This document shows positions 28,145 through 37,131 of a stretch of DNA of 64,000 bases, piece by piece. A program made the translations under genes and the position numbers. Source of the stretch: an uncultured Chloroflexia bacterium (GTDB lineage Bacteria > Chloroflexota > Limnocylindria > Limnocylindrales > CSP1-4); the NCBI GenBank assembly GCA_963748625.1, contig CAVVJT010000004.1:384001-448000 (forward strand), in the 5' to 3' direction. Under the pieces are notes generated by a model. The model ran no database searches, had not been told where the DNA came from, and saw nothing but the letters and a program-made list of their open reading frames with translations. Numbering within the stretch: position 1 is the stretch's first letter; every line of letters starts with the position of its first letter.

Positions 28145-29797
28145 TCAGCCCGCGACCGGGACGTCGAACTCGTGGTGCGCACCGGCAAGGAACGACGCGG
28201 CGGCTGCGTCGGCCGTGCGCGCGTCCCAGCCGAGCAACGGGCCGGCGATCGCCGTCACGCGGGGGGCAACCGCCTGGCCGCGGTCACGGAGCACGTGGAC
28301 CAGGCGCATCCGGCGAGCCAGGAGGTCATCGAGCGACAGAGCGCCCTCATGCTCGATCGCCCACGCCACCTCCGCCTCGAGATACGGATGGCCGGGAACA
28401 AGCCGGCGCACCAGGTCCCGCTCCCGGCCGAGCGCCAGGACCGCGGGCGACTCCGTCCCGTGGCGGGCCACCAGCGAGGCCGCCGCCTCCTCGTCCATCC
28501 CCGGCTCGCGGGCCAGGCGGGCGGCGAGCGCATCGAGCTCCGCCCGTGGGGCGGCGCCCGCAAGCGGCAGTTCACTCGTGACGCACGGGCGCTGTCGGGA
28601 GGCATCGCCCAGCACCGCATCGACGGCATCGGCCGCCATGACCCGGTAGGTCGTGTACTTGCCGCCACTGATCCGCACGAGACCCGGCCGCTCGATGGCA
28701 ACACGGTGCTCGCGGGAGATCGTGACCGATGTTGCCGCATCCGACGGTGCCACCAGGGGCCGCAGTCCCGCATACGTGCCCAGGATGTCGTCCCGGGTCA
28801 GCCCCACGTCCAGGGCGCCGTTCACGGTCGCGAGGATCCGGTCCACGTCGCCAGGGGCGGCGTGCGGGTGGTCCACCGACCCGTGGTCGGGATCGTCGGT
28901 GGTGCCGATCACCCAGTACCGCGGCCAAGGGACGATGAAGCCGGTGTGGCCGGGAATCCTCAGCGTCACGCCGCCGCTGAGGGGGATCCGCTCGCGGGGC
29001 ACCAGGAGGTGGCTCCCGCGCGACGGCAGGACGGTGAAGCCCTCCGCCTCCCCTTCCCCGCCGAACGGCCGATCGGGCAGCGCACCCCAGACCCCGGTCG
29101 CGTCGAGCACCGCGCTGGCGCGGATGTCGAGCAGCGCGCCGGTCAGGTCCTCGCGCACCGTCGCCCCAACCACCCGGTCACCCTCGCGCAGCCCGCCGGT
29201 CGCACGCACCCGCGTCACCGCGAGCCCGCCGTGCGCCTGCGCCGTACGCACGACCGCAAGCACCAGCCGTGCGTCGTCCTCGACGGCGTCGTGGTACAGG
29301 ATCCCGCCGCGAAGCCGGTCACGTCGCAGGGATGGCGCCCAGGCCAGTGCGCCGGGCACGTCGAGATGGCGGTGCCGCCCGGCCGACCGCGCCGAGCCGA
29401 GGGCGTCGTAGCCGGCCATGCCCGCGGTGTAGAAGGCACGGGCGATCCCGGGCTTGCCGTAGAGCGGGAACAGGAAGGTCTCGAGCCGGACCAGGTGCGG
29501 TGCCAGTCGGAGGAGCCGTGCCCGTTCCATCAGCGCCTCGCGGACGAGGCCCACGCGCCCTTGCTGGAGGTACCGCAGGCCGCCGTGGATCAGGCGTGAC
29601 GAGCGCGACGAGGTCCCCGATGCCCAGTCCTCCTGCTCGACCAGGGCGACCTTGAGGCCACGGGTAACCGCATCGAGGAGGGCTCCCGCACCGGTGATCC
29701 CGCCGCCGACGATGAGCAGGTCCCAGCGCTCGCCGGCAAGGCGCCGCAGGTCGGCCTCGCGCCGGCTCAGCGGCCCGGGGCGCGCAGGATCTTCCAC
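28145..29797 (-). CDS. glpD: FAD-dependent glycerol-3-phosphate dehydrogenase/oxidase
   Basis: IVGGGITGAG, SGTSSRSSRLIHGGLRYL, IGTTD, GLRPL, GGKYTTYRVMA. Confidence 0.9.
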   Translation of the reverse strand: MEDPARPGPLSRREADLRRLAGERWDLLIVGGGITGAGALLDAVTRGLKVALVEQEDWASGTSSRSSRLIHGGLRYLQQGRVGLVREALMERARLLRLAPHLVRLETFLFPLYGKPGIARAFYTAGMAGYDALGSARSAGRHRHLDVPGALAWAPSLRRDRLRGGILYHDAVEDDARLVLAVVRTAQAHGGLAVTRVRATGGLREGDRVVGATVREDLTGALLDIRASAVLDATGVWGALPDRPFGGEGEAEGFTVLPSRGSHLLVPRERIPLSGGVTLRIPGHTGFIVPWPRYWVIGTTDDPDHGSVDHPHAAPGDVDRILATVNGALDVGLTRDDILGTYAGLRPLVAPSDAATSVTISREHRVAIERPGLVRISGGKYTTYRVMAADAVDAVLGDASRQRPCVTSELPLAGAAPRAELDALAARLAREPGMDEEAAASLVARHGTESPAVLALGRERDLVRRLVPGHPYLEAEVAWAIEHEGALSLDDLLARRMRLVHVLRDRGQAVAPRVTAIAGPLLGWDARTADAAAASFLAGAHHEFDVPVAG

Positions 29798-29973
29798 AGC
29801 ACGAACGCGGTGCCGCCGATGAGCACGGCGATCAGCAGCGGCGTCTGGAACACGATGGCCTGGCCCTCGGCGGGCAGGAGCGCCGTCGCGACGGCGGCGA
29901 GGAGGACGACGGCGACGATTACCGCGGCGACCAGGAGCACCTCACGGAGCCCCGGCTGCCGGATCTCAGCCAC
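29767..29973 (-). CDS. Small two-TM hypothetical protein
   Basis: 68-aa hydrophobic ORF overlapping both neighbours in the same operon. Confidence 0.65.
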   Translation of the reverse strand: MAEIRQPGLREVLLVAAVIVAVVLLAAVATALLPAEGQAIVFQTPLLIAVLIGGTAFVLWKILRAPGR

Positions 29974-30751
29974 GATCAGCCTCTGGCGGGATCCCGATCG
30001 GGGCGACGAACACGCGGCCGGCGAGCGCGCGACCCATCCGCGTGCGCAGCCCGGTCTTCGGCCGGTGGAAGGTCACCGTGAGGTCCGCGCGCACCACCGG
30101 GTCAGACGGATCGCCCGACGTGAGGTCCACCGCCGTGGGCGTGTCCACCGCGAGCACGGGGATGCCGGCCTCACGGGCGCGGCGGATGACCTCCACCGCC
30201 GTCCGGACGGGCTCACGGAGCTGGCCCCGGACGCCGGTCCCCAGCAGCGCGTCCACGACGATGGCGGCCCGATCGATCCCCTGGCCCAGGATCGCGACAT
30301 CACGCCCGACGCCCGCGTGGATCTTGGTGACGCCCTCGATGCCGTCCAGGCGCTGCCAGTTGCGCTTCGCGTCGGGGGCACGCGGGTTCTCCCCGGTGGC
30401 GACCAGCACGGCGATCACGGGCACGCCCCACTGCGCTAGGCGGCGAGCGGCCACGAAGCCGTCCCCGCCATTGTTCCCGGGACCGGCGAGCACCAGGACC
30501 GGCTTGCCCTCGCGGCCGTTGAACGCGAGCAGCGCGCGGGCGGCGGCGGCGACCGCAGTCCCGGCGTGTTCCATCAGCTCCTCGCCCGGGACACCGAGCG
30601 CCTGCGCCTTGAGGTCCGCCCCGGTCATCGCCTCAGCGGTGATCGCGGAGCGCGCAGCAGCCGCCGCCCAGCGCAGCTCGAGCTCGTCGAGCGTGAGCGT
30701 GCCGAGATCGGGGTCGTTCGCCGGAAGCGGCGGGGTCTTCGGGGCGGCCAT
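29966..30751 (-). CDS. nnrE: NAD(P)H-hydrate epimerase (stand-alone YjeF_N)
   Basis: LMEHAG, GPGNNGGDG, VDALLGTG, AVDTPT, TVTFHRPK. Confidence 0.9.
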   Translation of the reverse strand: MAAPKTPPLPANDPDLGTLTLDELELRWAAAAARSAITAEAMTGADLKAQALGVPGEELMEHAGTAVAAAARALLAFNGREGKPVLVLAGPGNNGGDGFVAARRLAQWGVPVIAVLVATGENPRAPDAKRNWQRLDGIEGVTKIHAGVGRDVAILGQGIDRAAIVVDALLGTGVRGQLREPVRTAVEVIRRAREAGIPVLAVDTPTAVDLTSGDPSDPVVRADLTVTFHRPKTGLRTRMGRALAGRVFVAPIGIPPEADRG

Positions 30752-30779
30752 CCGCGCAAGGGTACCGCGCCTCGCAGGG

Positions 30780-31214
30780 TCAGCCGGTGATCCCCAGCAT
30801 CTCGTCCGTGCGGGGGTCGGGGCGGCCGTCGTAGTAGCGGTCGATGACGGCGCGGAAGGCGGGTTCGTCGGGGTCGGCGCGCATGAACAGGGTCATGGAC
30901 GAGCGGACCTTCATGTCGTCGGGTGCATGGAAGTAGTCGTACGCCGTGGCCGTCCGGGATGCGGCGATCACCGCCGCGCACTCGCGGACGCGCGGGCCCA
31001 GGACCGGGTGCGCCAGGTAGGCGCGAGCCTCATCGAGCGAGGCGATGCCGTACTGGAGTGCGAACGGGCTGGAGCCGAGGCCTCGCAGCTGCGGCAGCAC
31101 ATACCAGATCCAATGGGTCCTCTTCGCACCGGCCCGCAGCTCCGCCAGCGCCTGCTCGTAGTCGCGCTGCTGGGCGGCCACGAACCGCTCGAGGTCGAGG
31201 ACGTCATGCTCCAT
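30780..31214 (-). CDS. DUF1810 family protein
   Basis: DLERFVAAQ...ELRAGAKRTHWIWYVLPQLRGLG...YLAHPVLG...KVRSSMTLF. Confidence 0.9.
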   Translation of the reverse strand: MEHDVLDLERFVAAQQRDYEQALAELRAGAKRTHWIWYVLPQLRGLGSSPFALQYGIASLDEARAYLAHPVLGPRVRECAAVIAASRTATAYDYFHAPDDMKVRSSMTLFMRADPDEPAFRAVIDRYYDGRPDPRTDEMLGITG

Positions 31215-31476
31215 CGGACCATTCTGCCTTCCCGAGGGTCGGGGCGCCGAGCCGCTGCCTGCACCACAACGAAACCCCACATCCCGGCGCCCGCCTGCGC
31301 TGAATGTGCGGCCTTGTTGCGTCCAGATCAACGCCGGCCCGCAAACAGTCCCACTCCAGGCCTTGCGAGCAGGCGCCGACGGGGTTTGGTTGACTTCTGC
31401 GCAACGGTCGGCTGGCGACTGCCGCAGCGCCCGGGAGCAAGGTCAGCGCGGGAGCCGGCGGGCGCCTGAGTCGGAG

Positions 31477-32397
31477 TCAGCGCGGCAGCCGTGCCTCCAT
31501 GCCGGCATCGCCCTCGCGGACATCGAGCAGGCCGTCCGAGCCCAGCGAGAGCACCGCCTCCCGGACCGCCCCGATCCCGTGCGTGCCCATCACCTCGGGG
31601 TACGTCACCCAGGTGCCGTCAGGTGCCGAGCGAGCGCGCTCCAGCACCCGCCCGCGCAACCATCGGCTGGTTGTCTCGAACGCGGGAGCCGATCGATGTC
31701 GCCCGGTCGCCCCCGACGCGTTCGCCGCGGCTGTCGGCCGGTCCCCCGCCGCGTAGTGGCACCATGCGTAGGCTGGGCAGTCCGCGCAGCGCGGCTTCGA
31801 TGGCTTGCACAGGCGCGCGCCAAGGTCCATGAGCGCGTGCGTCCACGCGGCCGCGGCGTCGTCTGGGACGACCGCATCGGCCAGCGCCTGCATCGCGGCC
31901 GGCGTGTACGCCTCCGGTCCACCCGCGGCGATCCGCCCCAGCACCCGCCGCACGTTGACATCCACCGCGCCCACAGGCATCCCGAACGCGATCGCCGCCA
32001 CCGCCCGAGCCGTATACGGCCCCACTCCCGGCAGCGCCTCGAGCGCCTCCACCGACGCCGGCACCTCGCCGCCATGCTCGCGCACGATCTCCTGGGCAGC
32101 CCGGTGCAGGGACACCGCGCGCCGGTTATACCCAAGCCCGGCCCACGCGCGCACGGCGTCGGCCACCGGTGCCGCTGCGAGGTCGCGGACCGTCGGCCAG
32201 CGGGCCATCCAGCGGGTCCACGCCTCGGCAGCGCGCTCGGCCTGGGTCTGCTGGGCCATCAGCTCGGAGACCAGCACCGCATACGGATCTGCGGTCGTCC
32301 GGAAGGCGAGCTCCCGGCCGGTCGCCGCGTACCAGGCCAGGATCGCCTCGCGGACGGAGGGCGGCACCAGGTCATCGGGCGGGGCGAGACTCGTCAC
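31477..32397 (-). CDS. mutY: A/G-specific adenine DNA glycosylase (short form without NUDIX-like domain)
   Basis: LVSELMAQQTQ, WAGLGYNRRA, HhH LPGVGPYTA, VDVNVRRV, Fe-S motif CKPSKPRCADCPAYAWC. Confidence 0.88.
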   Translation of the reverse strand: MTSLAPPDDLVPPSVREAILAWYAATGRELAFRTTADPYAVLVSELMAQQTQAERAAEAWTRWMARWPTVRDLAAAPVADAVRAWAGLGYNRRAVSLHRAAQEIVREHGGEVPASVEALEALPGVGPYTARAVAAIAFGMPVGAVDVNVRRVLGRIAAGGPEAYTPAAMQALADAVVPDDAAAAWTHALMDLGARLCKPSKPRCADCPAYAWCHYAAGDRPTAAANASGATGRHRSAPAFETTSRWLRGRVLERARSAPDGTWVTYPEVMGTHGIGAVREAVLSLGSDGLLDVREGDAGMEARLPR

Positions 32398-32432
32398 GCG
32401 TCAAGGGTAGCGGGGGCCAAGCGGACGAAGAT

Positions 32433-32459
32433 TGATCCTCGCGCAGTGCCAGACTCGTC
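32433..32459 (+). promoter_or_regulatory. Putative autoregulatory ECF promoter (TGATCC-N17-CGTC)
   Basis: Located about 35 nt upstream of the ECF sigma ATG at 32495, with the same spacing as the 1138 motif. Confidence 0.45.
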
Positions 32460-32494
32460 GGTAGGGTGTGACGAGCACCACGCATGGGGGACGA

Positions 32495-33022
32495 ATGGCC
32501 GACCGGGCGGCGACGACGGGAGCACAGCTCGAGCGGGAGCGCGCCTTCGGCCGCCTTGTCGACCGCGAGCTGGCGGCGGCCTACCGGACGGCGTCCCTGC
32601 TCCTGCGCGATCCCGCGGAGGCGGAGGACGCCACGCAGGACGCGCTCGAGCGCGCATGGCAGCGCTGGGACCAGCTGCGCGACCCCGATCGGGCGGGGGC
32701 CTGGTTCGGCCGGATCCTGGTGAACACCTGCCGGGACCGGATGCGCGCGCCGCGGCGGTCGCCGGTCCGCTGGATCGGCGAGCCGGCGGCGCCAGACGCC
32801 ACGGCAGACCTCGCCGAGCGGGACGCGATGGGCCAGGCGCTCGCGGACATGAACCCCGACCAGCGGATCGCGCTGGTCCTCCGCTACTTCCTGGACCTGC
32901 CGGTCGAGGAGATCGCGCAGCGGACGGGCGCGCCGGCTGGGACGGTGAAGTCGAGGTTGCGGCTCGCGCTCGACGCGGTGCGGGCGCGCTACGAGGCGCA
33001 TGAGCGCGAGGCGGCACGATGA
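32495..33022 (+). CDS. ECF RNA polymerase sigma factor 1
   Basis: Region 2 AEDATQDAL...WFGRILVNTCRD; region 4 LVLRYFLDLPVEEIA...GTVKSRL. Confidence 0.93.
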   Translation: MADRAATTGAQLERERAFGRLVDRELAAAYRTASLLLRDPAEAEDATQDALERAWQRWDQLRDPDRAGAWFGRILVNTCRDRMRAPRRSPVRWIGEPAAPDATADLAERDAMGQALADMNPDQRIALVLRYFLDLPVEEIAQRTGAPAGTVKSRLRLALDAVRARYEAHEREAAR

Positions 33023-34416
33023 ACGACGAGCAGCTCGAAGGCCTGGTCCGCGCCGGTCTGCAGGAACGCGCCCCGCGCGAGGTTCCCGCATCCATGGCCG
33101 AGCGGGCCGCCGTGATCCCGTCGAACGCACCTTCTCGCAACCAGGGGACGACTCGCAGGTGGTTCGGGGTTCCAGTCCCCGTCGCCGTCGCGGTCGCCTT
33201 GGTGGCAGTCGTGGCTGTCGCGCTTCCCCCGTCGGTGGGCTTCCTGGCTGGCATGCTCGGCCCGAACGGGGCGGCCGCCCCGCAGGCGCCGGACCCGACC
33301 TCGCCCCTCGGCGCCGGCGCACCGGGAGCATCGGCCGCCGCGAGCCTTCCGCCGATGAGGCGGCTGGTGCCATTCCAGGAGGCGACCCTGGCCGAGGATC
33401 GCCGCACGCTGACGCTCGAGTTCATCGGTGCCAAGGGGTACAGCCCTGGCAACCCGTGCTCCGCCGACTACGCGGCGTGGGCGGAGGCCGATGGGGAGGT
33501 CCTCCGCGCCGCGGTGATGGACATCACCCCCGAGCCCCCCGACGGTCCGGTTGTCGAGTGTGCTGCGATCGGCTACCCGCGCACGGTCACGACGACCCTC
33601 CCCGAGCCGTTCACCGGCTCGGTCGTCGAGGACTTCACCGGTGGCACCCACGTCCTTGACGGCACGGGAGCGGCGGCGTCACCCGGAGCGGTGGAGCTCG
33701 ACACGGTCGTCGTGCCCTTCGCCGGCCGGACGATGTCGGTGACGCTCGTCGGCCTGCCGGGCATCCTGACCGACTGGCGGGCCGCGACCAGCGAGGAGCT
33801 CCTCGACGTCACATGGGACGACCGCGACACGATCGGCCTCGCCGGCCTCAACGAGCGCGAGATCGTCCTCGCGTGGACCGGGACCGTCTGCGACATCGAG
33901 GCGACCCTCACGGCGGCGGCGCACAAGCTCGTGATCTCGCCCGCGCCAAGGGGTGGCTGCGACGCGATGGCCGTCGCACGGGGCGTGGTGCTGACCTACG
34001 CGGACCCTGTTGACCCTGCCGCATTCGAGGTGGCCCTTGCCGGCGAGGCCCCCGCGCTCAACCCATGGGGTCCGCTCGCCGTGATCCCGGGTCAGGACGG
34101 CTCGGACACCGCTCGAGCGGAGGGCATGCTGCGGATCGCCGAGGGATGCGCCTACCTGGACAGCGGAGGCGAGCGTGTGCTCCTCGTCTGGCCGGCTGAC
34201 CGGGTGCGATGGGATGCCAGACCCGGGGACATCGAGTTCGACAACCCGGACGGGACGACCGAGAGCGTTATGGACGGCAACCTGGTGGTCCTCGGCGGCG
34301 GGGGCGGCAGCACCGGGGAGGACGGCGCCTGGTTCGAGGCCATGGACTGGATCGCCGCCCCACCCGATGGCTGTCCGCTGGACGCGTACTGGGTCGTCGG
34401 GACGGTCGAGAGGTGA
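33019..34416 (+). CDS. Putative anti-sigma factor with single TM and three extracellular Cys-paired domains
   Basis: Start overlaps the sigma stop (ATGA); short cytoplasmic N-terminus, TM helix, Pro/Ala linker, beta-rich domains. Function inferred from position. Confidence 0.7.
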   Translation: MNDEQLEGLVRAGLQERAPREVPASMAERAAVIPSNAPSRNQGTTRRWFGVPVPVAVAVALVAVVAVALPPSVGFLAGMLGPNGAAAPQAPDPTSPLGAGAPGASAAASLPPMRRLVPFQEATLAEDRRTLTLEFIGAKGYSPGNPCSADYAAWAEADGEVLRAAVMDITPEPPDGPVVECAAIGYPRTVTTTLPEPFTGSVVEDFTGGTHVLDGTGAAASPGAVELDTVVVPFAGRTMSVTLVGLPGILTDWRAATSEELLDVTWDDRDTIGLAGLNEREIVLAWTGTVCDIEATLTAAAHKLVISPAPRGGCDAMAVARGVVLTYADPVDPAAFEVALAGEAPALNPWGPLAVIPGQDGSDTARAEGMLRIAEGCAYLDSGGERVLLVWPADRVRWDARPGDIEFDNPDGTTESVMDGNLVVLGGGGGSTGEDGAWFEAMDWIAAPPDGCPLDAYWVVGTVER

Positions 34417-34422
34417 TCTGAC

Positions 34423-34848
34423 ATGCGGCGGCTGCGGCAGATCGGCTGGGCGGGGCTCACGCTGTCGGGCGCGGCGGGGGTCGTCGGGCTGGTCCTGGTG
34501 CTCGGGTCGGCAGTTGCTGCGGGGGACTGGTACCTCGCGCCGATGCCCTGGATCGGCATCGGCATGGTCCTCGTCGTCCTGAGCCTTGCATGCGGTGCCG
34601 GTTTCGGCGTGCTACTCGACATCGCGGAGCCGATCGGCCTGTGGCGGCTGCTCGCGATCCCGCCCTCGCTGCTGCTCGGCGGCTTCTGGGCGTTCGTCCT
34701 CGCCTACGGCCTGCCGACGACGGGCGGTCCGGACTCCGACGTGGCGACGATCCTGTACACGCTGCCCCTGCTGATGGCGGTCCTGGTCATTGCCACCGTC
34801 GCACTCGCGCTCCCCGCCGTCGCGGGAAGGCGCACCATCACCCGCTGA
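34423..34848 (+). CDS. Four-TM membrane protein with LPTTG motif
   Basis: 141-aa hydrophobic ORF lying between the two sigma modules. Confidence 0.75.
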   Translation: MRRLRQIGWAGLTLSGAAGVVGLVLVLGSAVAAGDWYLAPMPWIGIGMVLVVLSLACGAGFGVLLDIAEPIGLWRLLAIPPSLLLGGFWAFVLAYGLPTTGGPDSDVATILYTLPLLMAVLVIATVALALPAVAGRRTITR

Positions 34849-34919
34849 CGTACACCGACGCACTCACCCGTTTCGCCATGCCGGTGCCTCTCCTTGGTCA
34901 CACATGGGGCGAAGGATGG

Positions 34920-35435
34920 ATGGACACTGTGCTGGTGAGCGAGGGGACTCCGGCGATCACAGGCGAACGGGAGGCGCTGGCCGACGCGCTGGCGGCGCAC
35001 GGTCCCGTGCTGCTCGCCACGGCCCGTGTGATCACGATGGACGCCGATGAGGCGCAGGACCTCGTCCAGGTGACGTTCGAGATCGCCCTCCGCAAGGCAG
35101 ACCAGCTCCGCGACCCAGCTGCGTTGCGCGCGTGGCTCCTGCGGATCGAGGTCCGCGAGGCCTTCCGCGTGGTGCGTCGTCTGCGGCGGCTGGTCTCCCT
35201 CGATGGCCACGTGACCGACCTGACCACCCAGCCGCCCGACCTCGCCCAGCGCGCGGACGTCCGAGACGCCATGCGCAGGCTGCCGAAGCGGACGCGGGCA
35301 GCGATCGCCCTCCACCACATGGCCGGGCTCTCCGTCGCCGAGACCGCGACCGCGATGGGCACCAGCGAGAACACCGTCAAGAGCCAGCTCCGCACGGGGC
35401 TGGCCCGCCTGCGGGAGGACCTCGGCGATGGCTGA
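34920..35435 (+). CDS. ECF RNA polymerase sigma factor 2
   Basis: EAQDLVQVTF...AWLLRI; LHHMAGLSVAETA...NTVKSQL. Start at ATG 34920. Confidence 0.92.
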   Translation: MDTVLVSEGTPAITGEREALADALAAHGPVLLATARVITMDADEAQDLVQVTFEIALRKADQLRDPAALRAWLLRIEVREAFRVVRRLRRLVSLDGHVTDLTTQPPDLAQRADVRDAMRRLPKRTRAAIALHHMAGLSVAETATAMGTSENTVKSQLRTGLARLREDLGDG

Positions 35436-36807
35436 CCGCCCGACCGACCCCGCCGTGGACCCCGCTATCGACCCCCGCGTCGAGGCCTACCTCCACGCCG
35501 AGCTCGCACAGGCCGAGCGCGACGCCATGCGCGACGCCGTGTTCGATGCCCTGCACCCGCGGTCCGGCCGGGTGCGACGCCGGGATCGCATCGGCCCGAT
35601 CGCAGCACTTGCGGTCGCCGGAGCCGGCCTCGTGCTGGTCGTAGCCCTGGGCGGGCCACGGCTCATGGGCGTGGCGGCGACCCCCGCGCCGTCGGACCCG
35701 ACCGGTTCCGGCCCCTCAGCGCCGTCCGCGGTCGACCCCGCAGCGACGCCAGACCCCGAGACGGTCGTCCGCTTCGACGGCCTCTCGCTCTCCGCCGACG
35801 GGCGGATGCTCACCCTCGAGTTCACGGGCGGCAAGGAATACGAGCCCGGCAACCCGTGCACCAGCGACTACGCGGGCTGGACGGAGGTGGTCGACGGCGT
35901 GCTGCACGCAGCGGTCGTCGACATCACGCCGGCGCTCACGGACCCCCCGGCGTACGAGTGCACGGCCGAGGGCTACGGGCGCACGGTGTTGGTGACGCTG
36001 CCGGAGCCCTTCACTGGCGACCGCGTCGTGGATCTCTCCGACGGGGTCACGAAGTTCGTCCGGGAGCCGGCCGACCTCGTCGAGTTGGAGGGACTTCCTG
36101 GGGCGTGGAGCCTGCAGTTCTCCGAGAGCGTCGACTCCGACGGCATCCCGCGCTGGCGTCGGGTCTATGCGACGTCCTCCGCGACCGAAGGCTCAGGTGT
36201 GGGCCGGCTCGAGCTGACCCAGGGCTTCGGCGGTGCTGCGGGCGTCAGCGGCGGTGATACCGATACGGATGTCATGGTTGGCGAGCATCCGGGTGTCCTC
36301 TATCGGACTCCCCTGTACGGCGAGCTGGTCCTCGTCTGGATGCTGGGCGACCATGGGCTGGCCATCGTGGCCAACGATGCCGACTTCACCCCCGACGAGC
36401 TGATCGCCCTCGCGGAGAGCGCGATCATCCCGGATGGCGATGACTGGGGTCCGCTCGCGGTTGTCGCCCCACCGGGTGTCGCCATGTGGGCGCGGGACGA
36501 GGGGACCCTCAGAATCACCGATGACTGCGTCTACCTCATGCACCAGGACGAGCCGACCCTGCTCATCTGGCCCTCAGACCAGACGACCTGGGACGCGGCG
36601 ACGCGCACGGTCACCTTCACCAACAGCGACGGCAGCACCGTCACCGCGGGCGACGGCACCACGGTCGTCCTCGGGGGAGGCGAGGTGCCCCGGACGGACG
36701 GTGTCGGGAGCGGCGGCGTCCAGTTCGGTGGCATGCGCTGGGTGGCCCCGCCGCCGGACACGTGCCTGGTCGGCTCCTCATGGTCCGTCAGCGCGATGGG
36801 CAGGTAG
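35428..36807 (+). CDS. Putative anti-sigma factor, paralog of 33019..34416
   Basis: Overlaps sigma 2; single TM. Shares domains TLEF.G.K.Y.PGNPC..DYA.W and WGPLAV...EG.LRI...C.YL with the first copy. Confidence 0.7.
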   Translation: MADRPTDPAVDPAIDPRVEAYLHAELAQAERDAMRDAVFDALHPRSGRVRRRDRIGPIAALAVAGAGLVLVVALGGPRLMGVAATPAPSDPTGSGPSAPSAVDPAATPDPETVVRFDGLSLSADGRMLTLEFTGGKEYEPGNPCTSDYAGWTEVVDGVLHAAVVDITPALTDPPAYECTAEGYGRTVLVTLPEPFTGDRVVDLSDGVTKFVREPADLVELEGLPGAWSLQFSESVDSDGIPRWRRVYATSSATEGSGVGRLELTQGFGGAAGVSGGDTDTDVMVGEHPGVLYRTPLYGELVLVWMLGDHGLAIVANDADFTPDELIALAESAIIPDGDDWGPLAVVAPPGVAMWARDEGTLRITDDCVYLMHQDEPTLLIWPSDQTTWDAATRTVTFTNSDGSTVTAGDGTTVVLGGGEVPRTDGVGSGGVQFGGMRWVAPPPDTCLVGSSWSVSAMGR

Positions 36808-36822
36808 CCCGGCGAGGCCACA

Positions 36823-36978
36823 CGTTCGACCCGTTCAGGATCCGGGTAACGGGGCCTGAAGTCGAAGCGTCATACCGGCACGCAGTCCCCTGCGCCACCC
36901 GCTGACGAAGGACCGCTCAACGACCAGCGCGCCCGCTGCGCAGCTGGACTCCCGGCACCCCGGAGCGCCGTGCCATGA
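36823..36978. ncRNA. Candidate structured intergenic RNA (family not recognised)
   Basis: Nested complementary segments TTCGAC/GTCGAA, TTCAGG/CCTGAA, TCAT..GGCACG/CGTGCCATGA, AGTCC/GGACT, CTGCGC/GCGCAG, CGCTG/CAGCG. No ORF in the track covers it. Confidence 0.35.
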
Positions 36979-37005
36979 GGCTCGCTCATTCCTGTCAACC
37001 GGAGC

Positions 37006-37035
37006 GTGACAGCAGTCAATACCCGCTTCTACGAT
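37006..37035 (+). promoter_or_regulatory. Putative housekeeping sigma promoter of acyltransferase (GTGACA-N18-TACGAT)
   Basis: Near-consensus -35 and -10 hexamers, implying the real start is downstream of the ORF-track start at 37006. Confidence 0.4.
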
Positions 37036-37131
37036 GCGTTACAGCCCCCCGTGACACCGCGGGCGCCGTTGGTCGGCACGCCAGCGTCCTGCACGGCTCC
37101 GCGGGTGGCTGCTGAGGGGGGGTACTCGAGG

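Noticed and set aside
36826-36862. TPP riboswitch (GACCCGTT...GATCCGGGTAA resemblance)
   Set aside because: It lacks the CTGAGA and AACCTGA core and the closing GCG.AGG, and no thiamine gene lies downstream.
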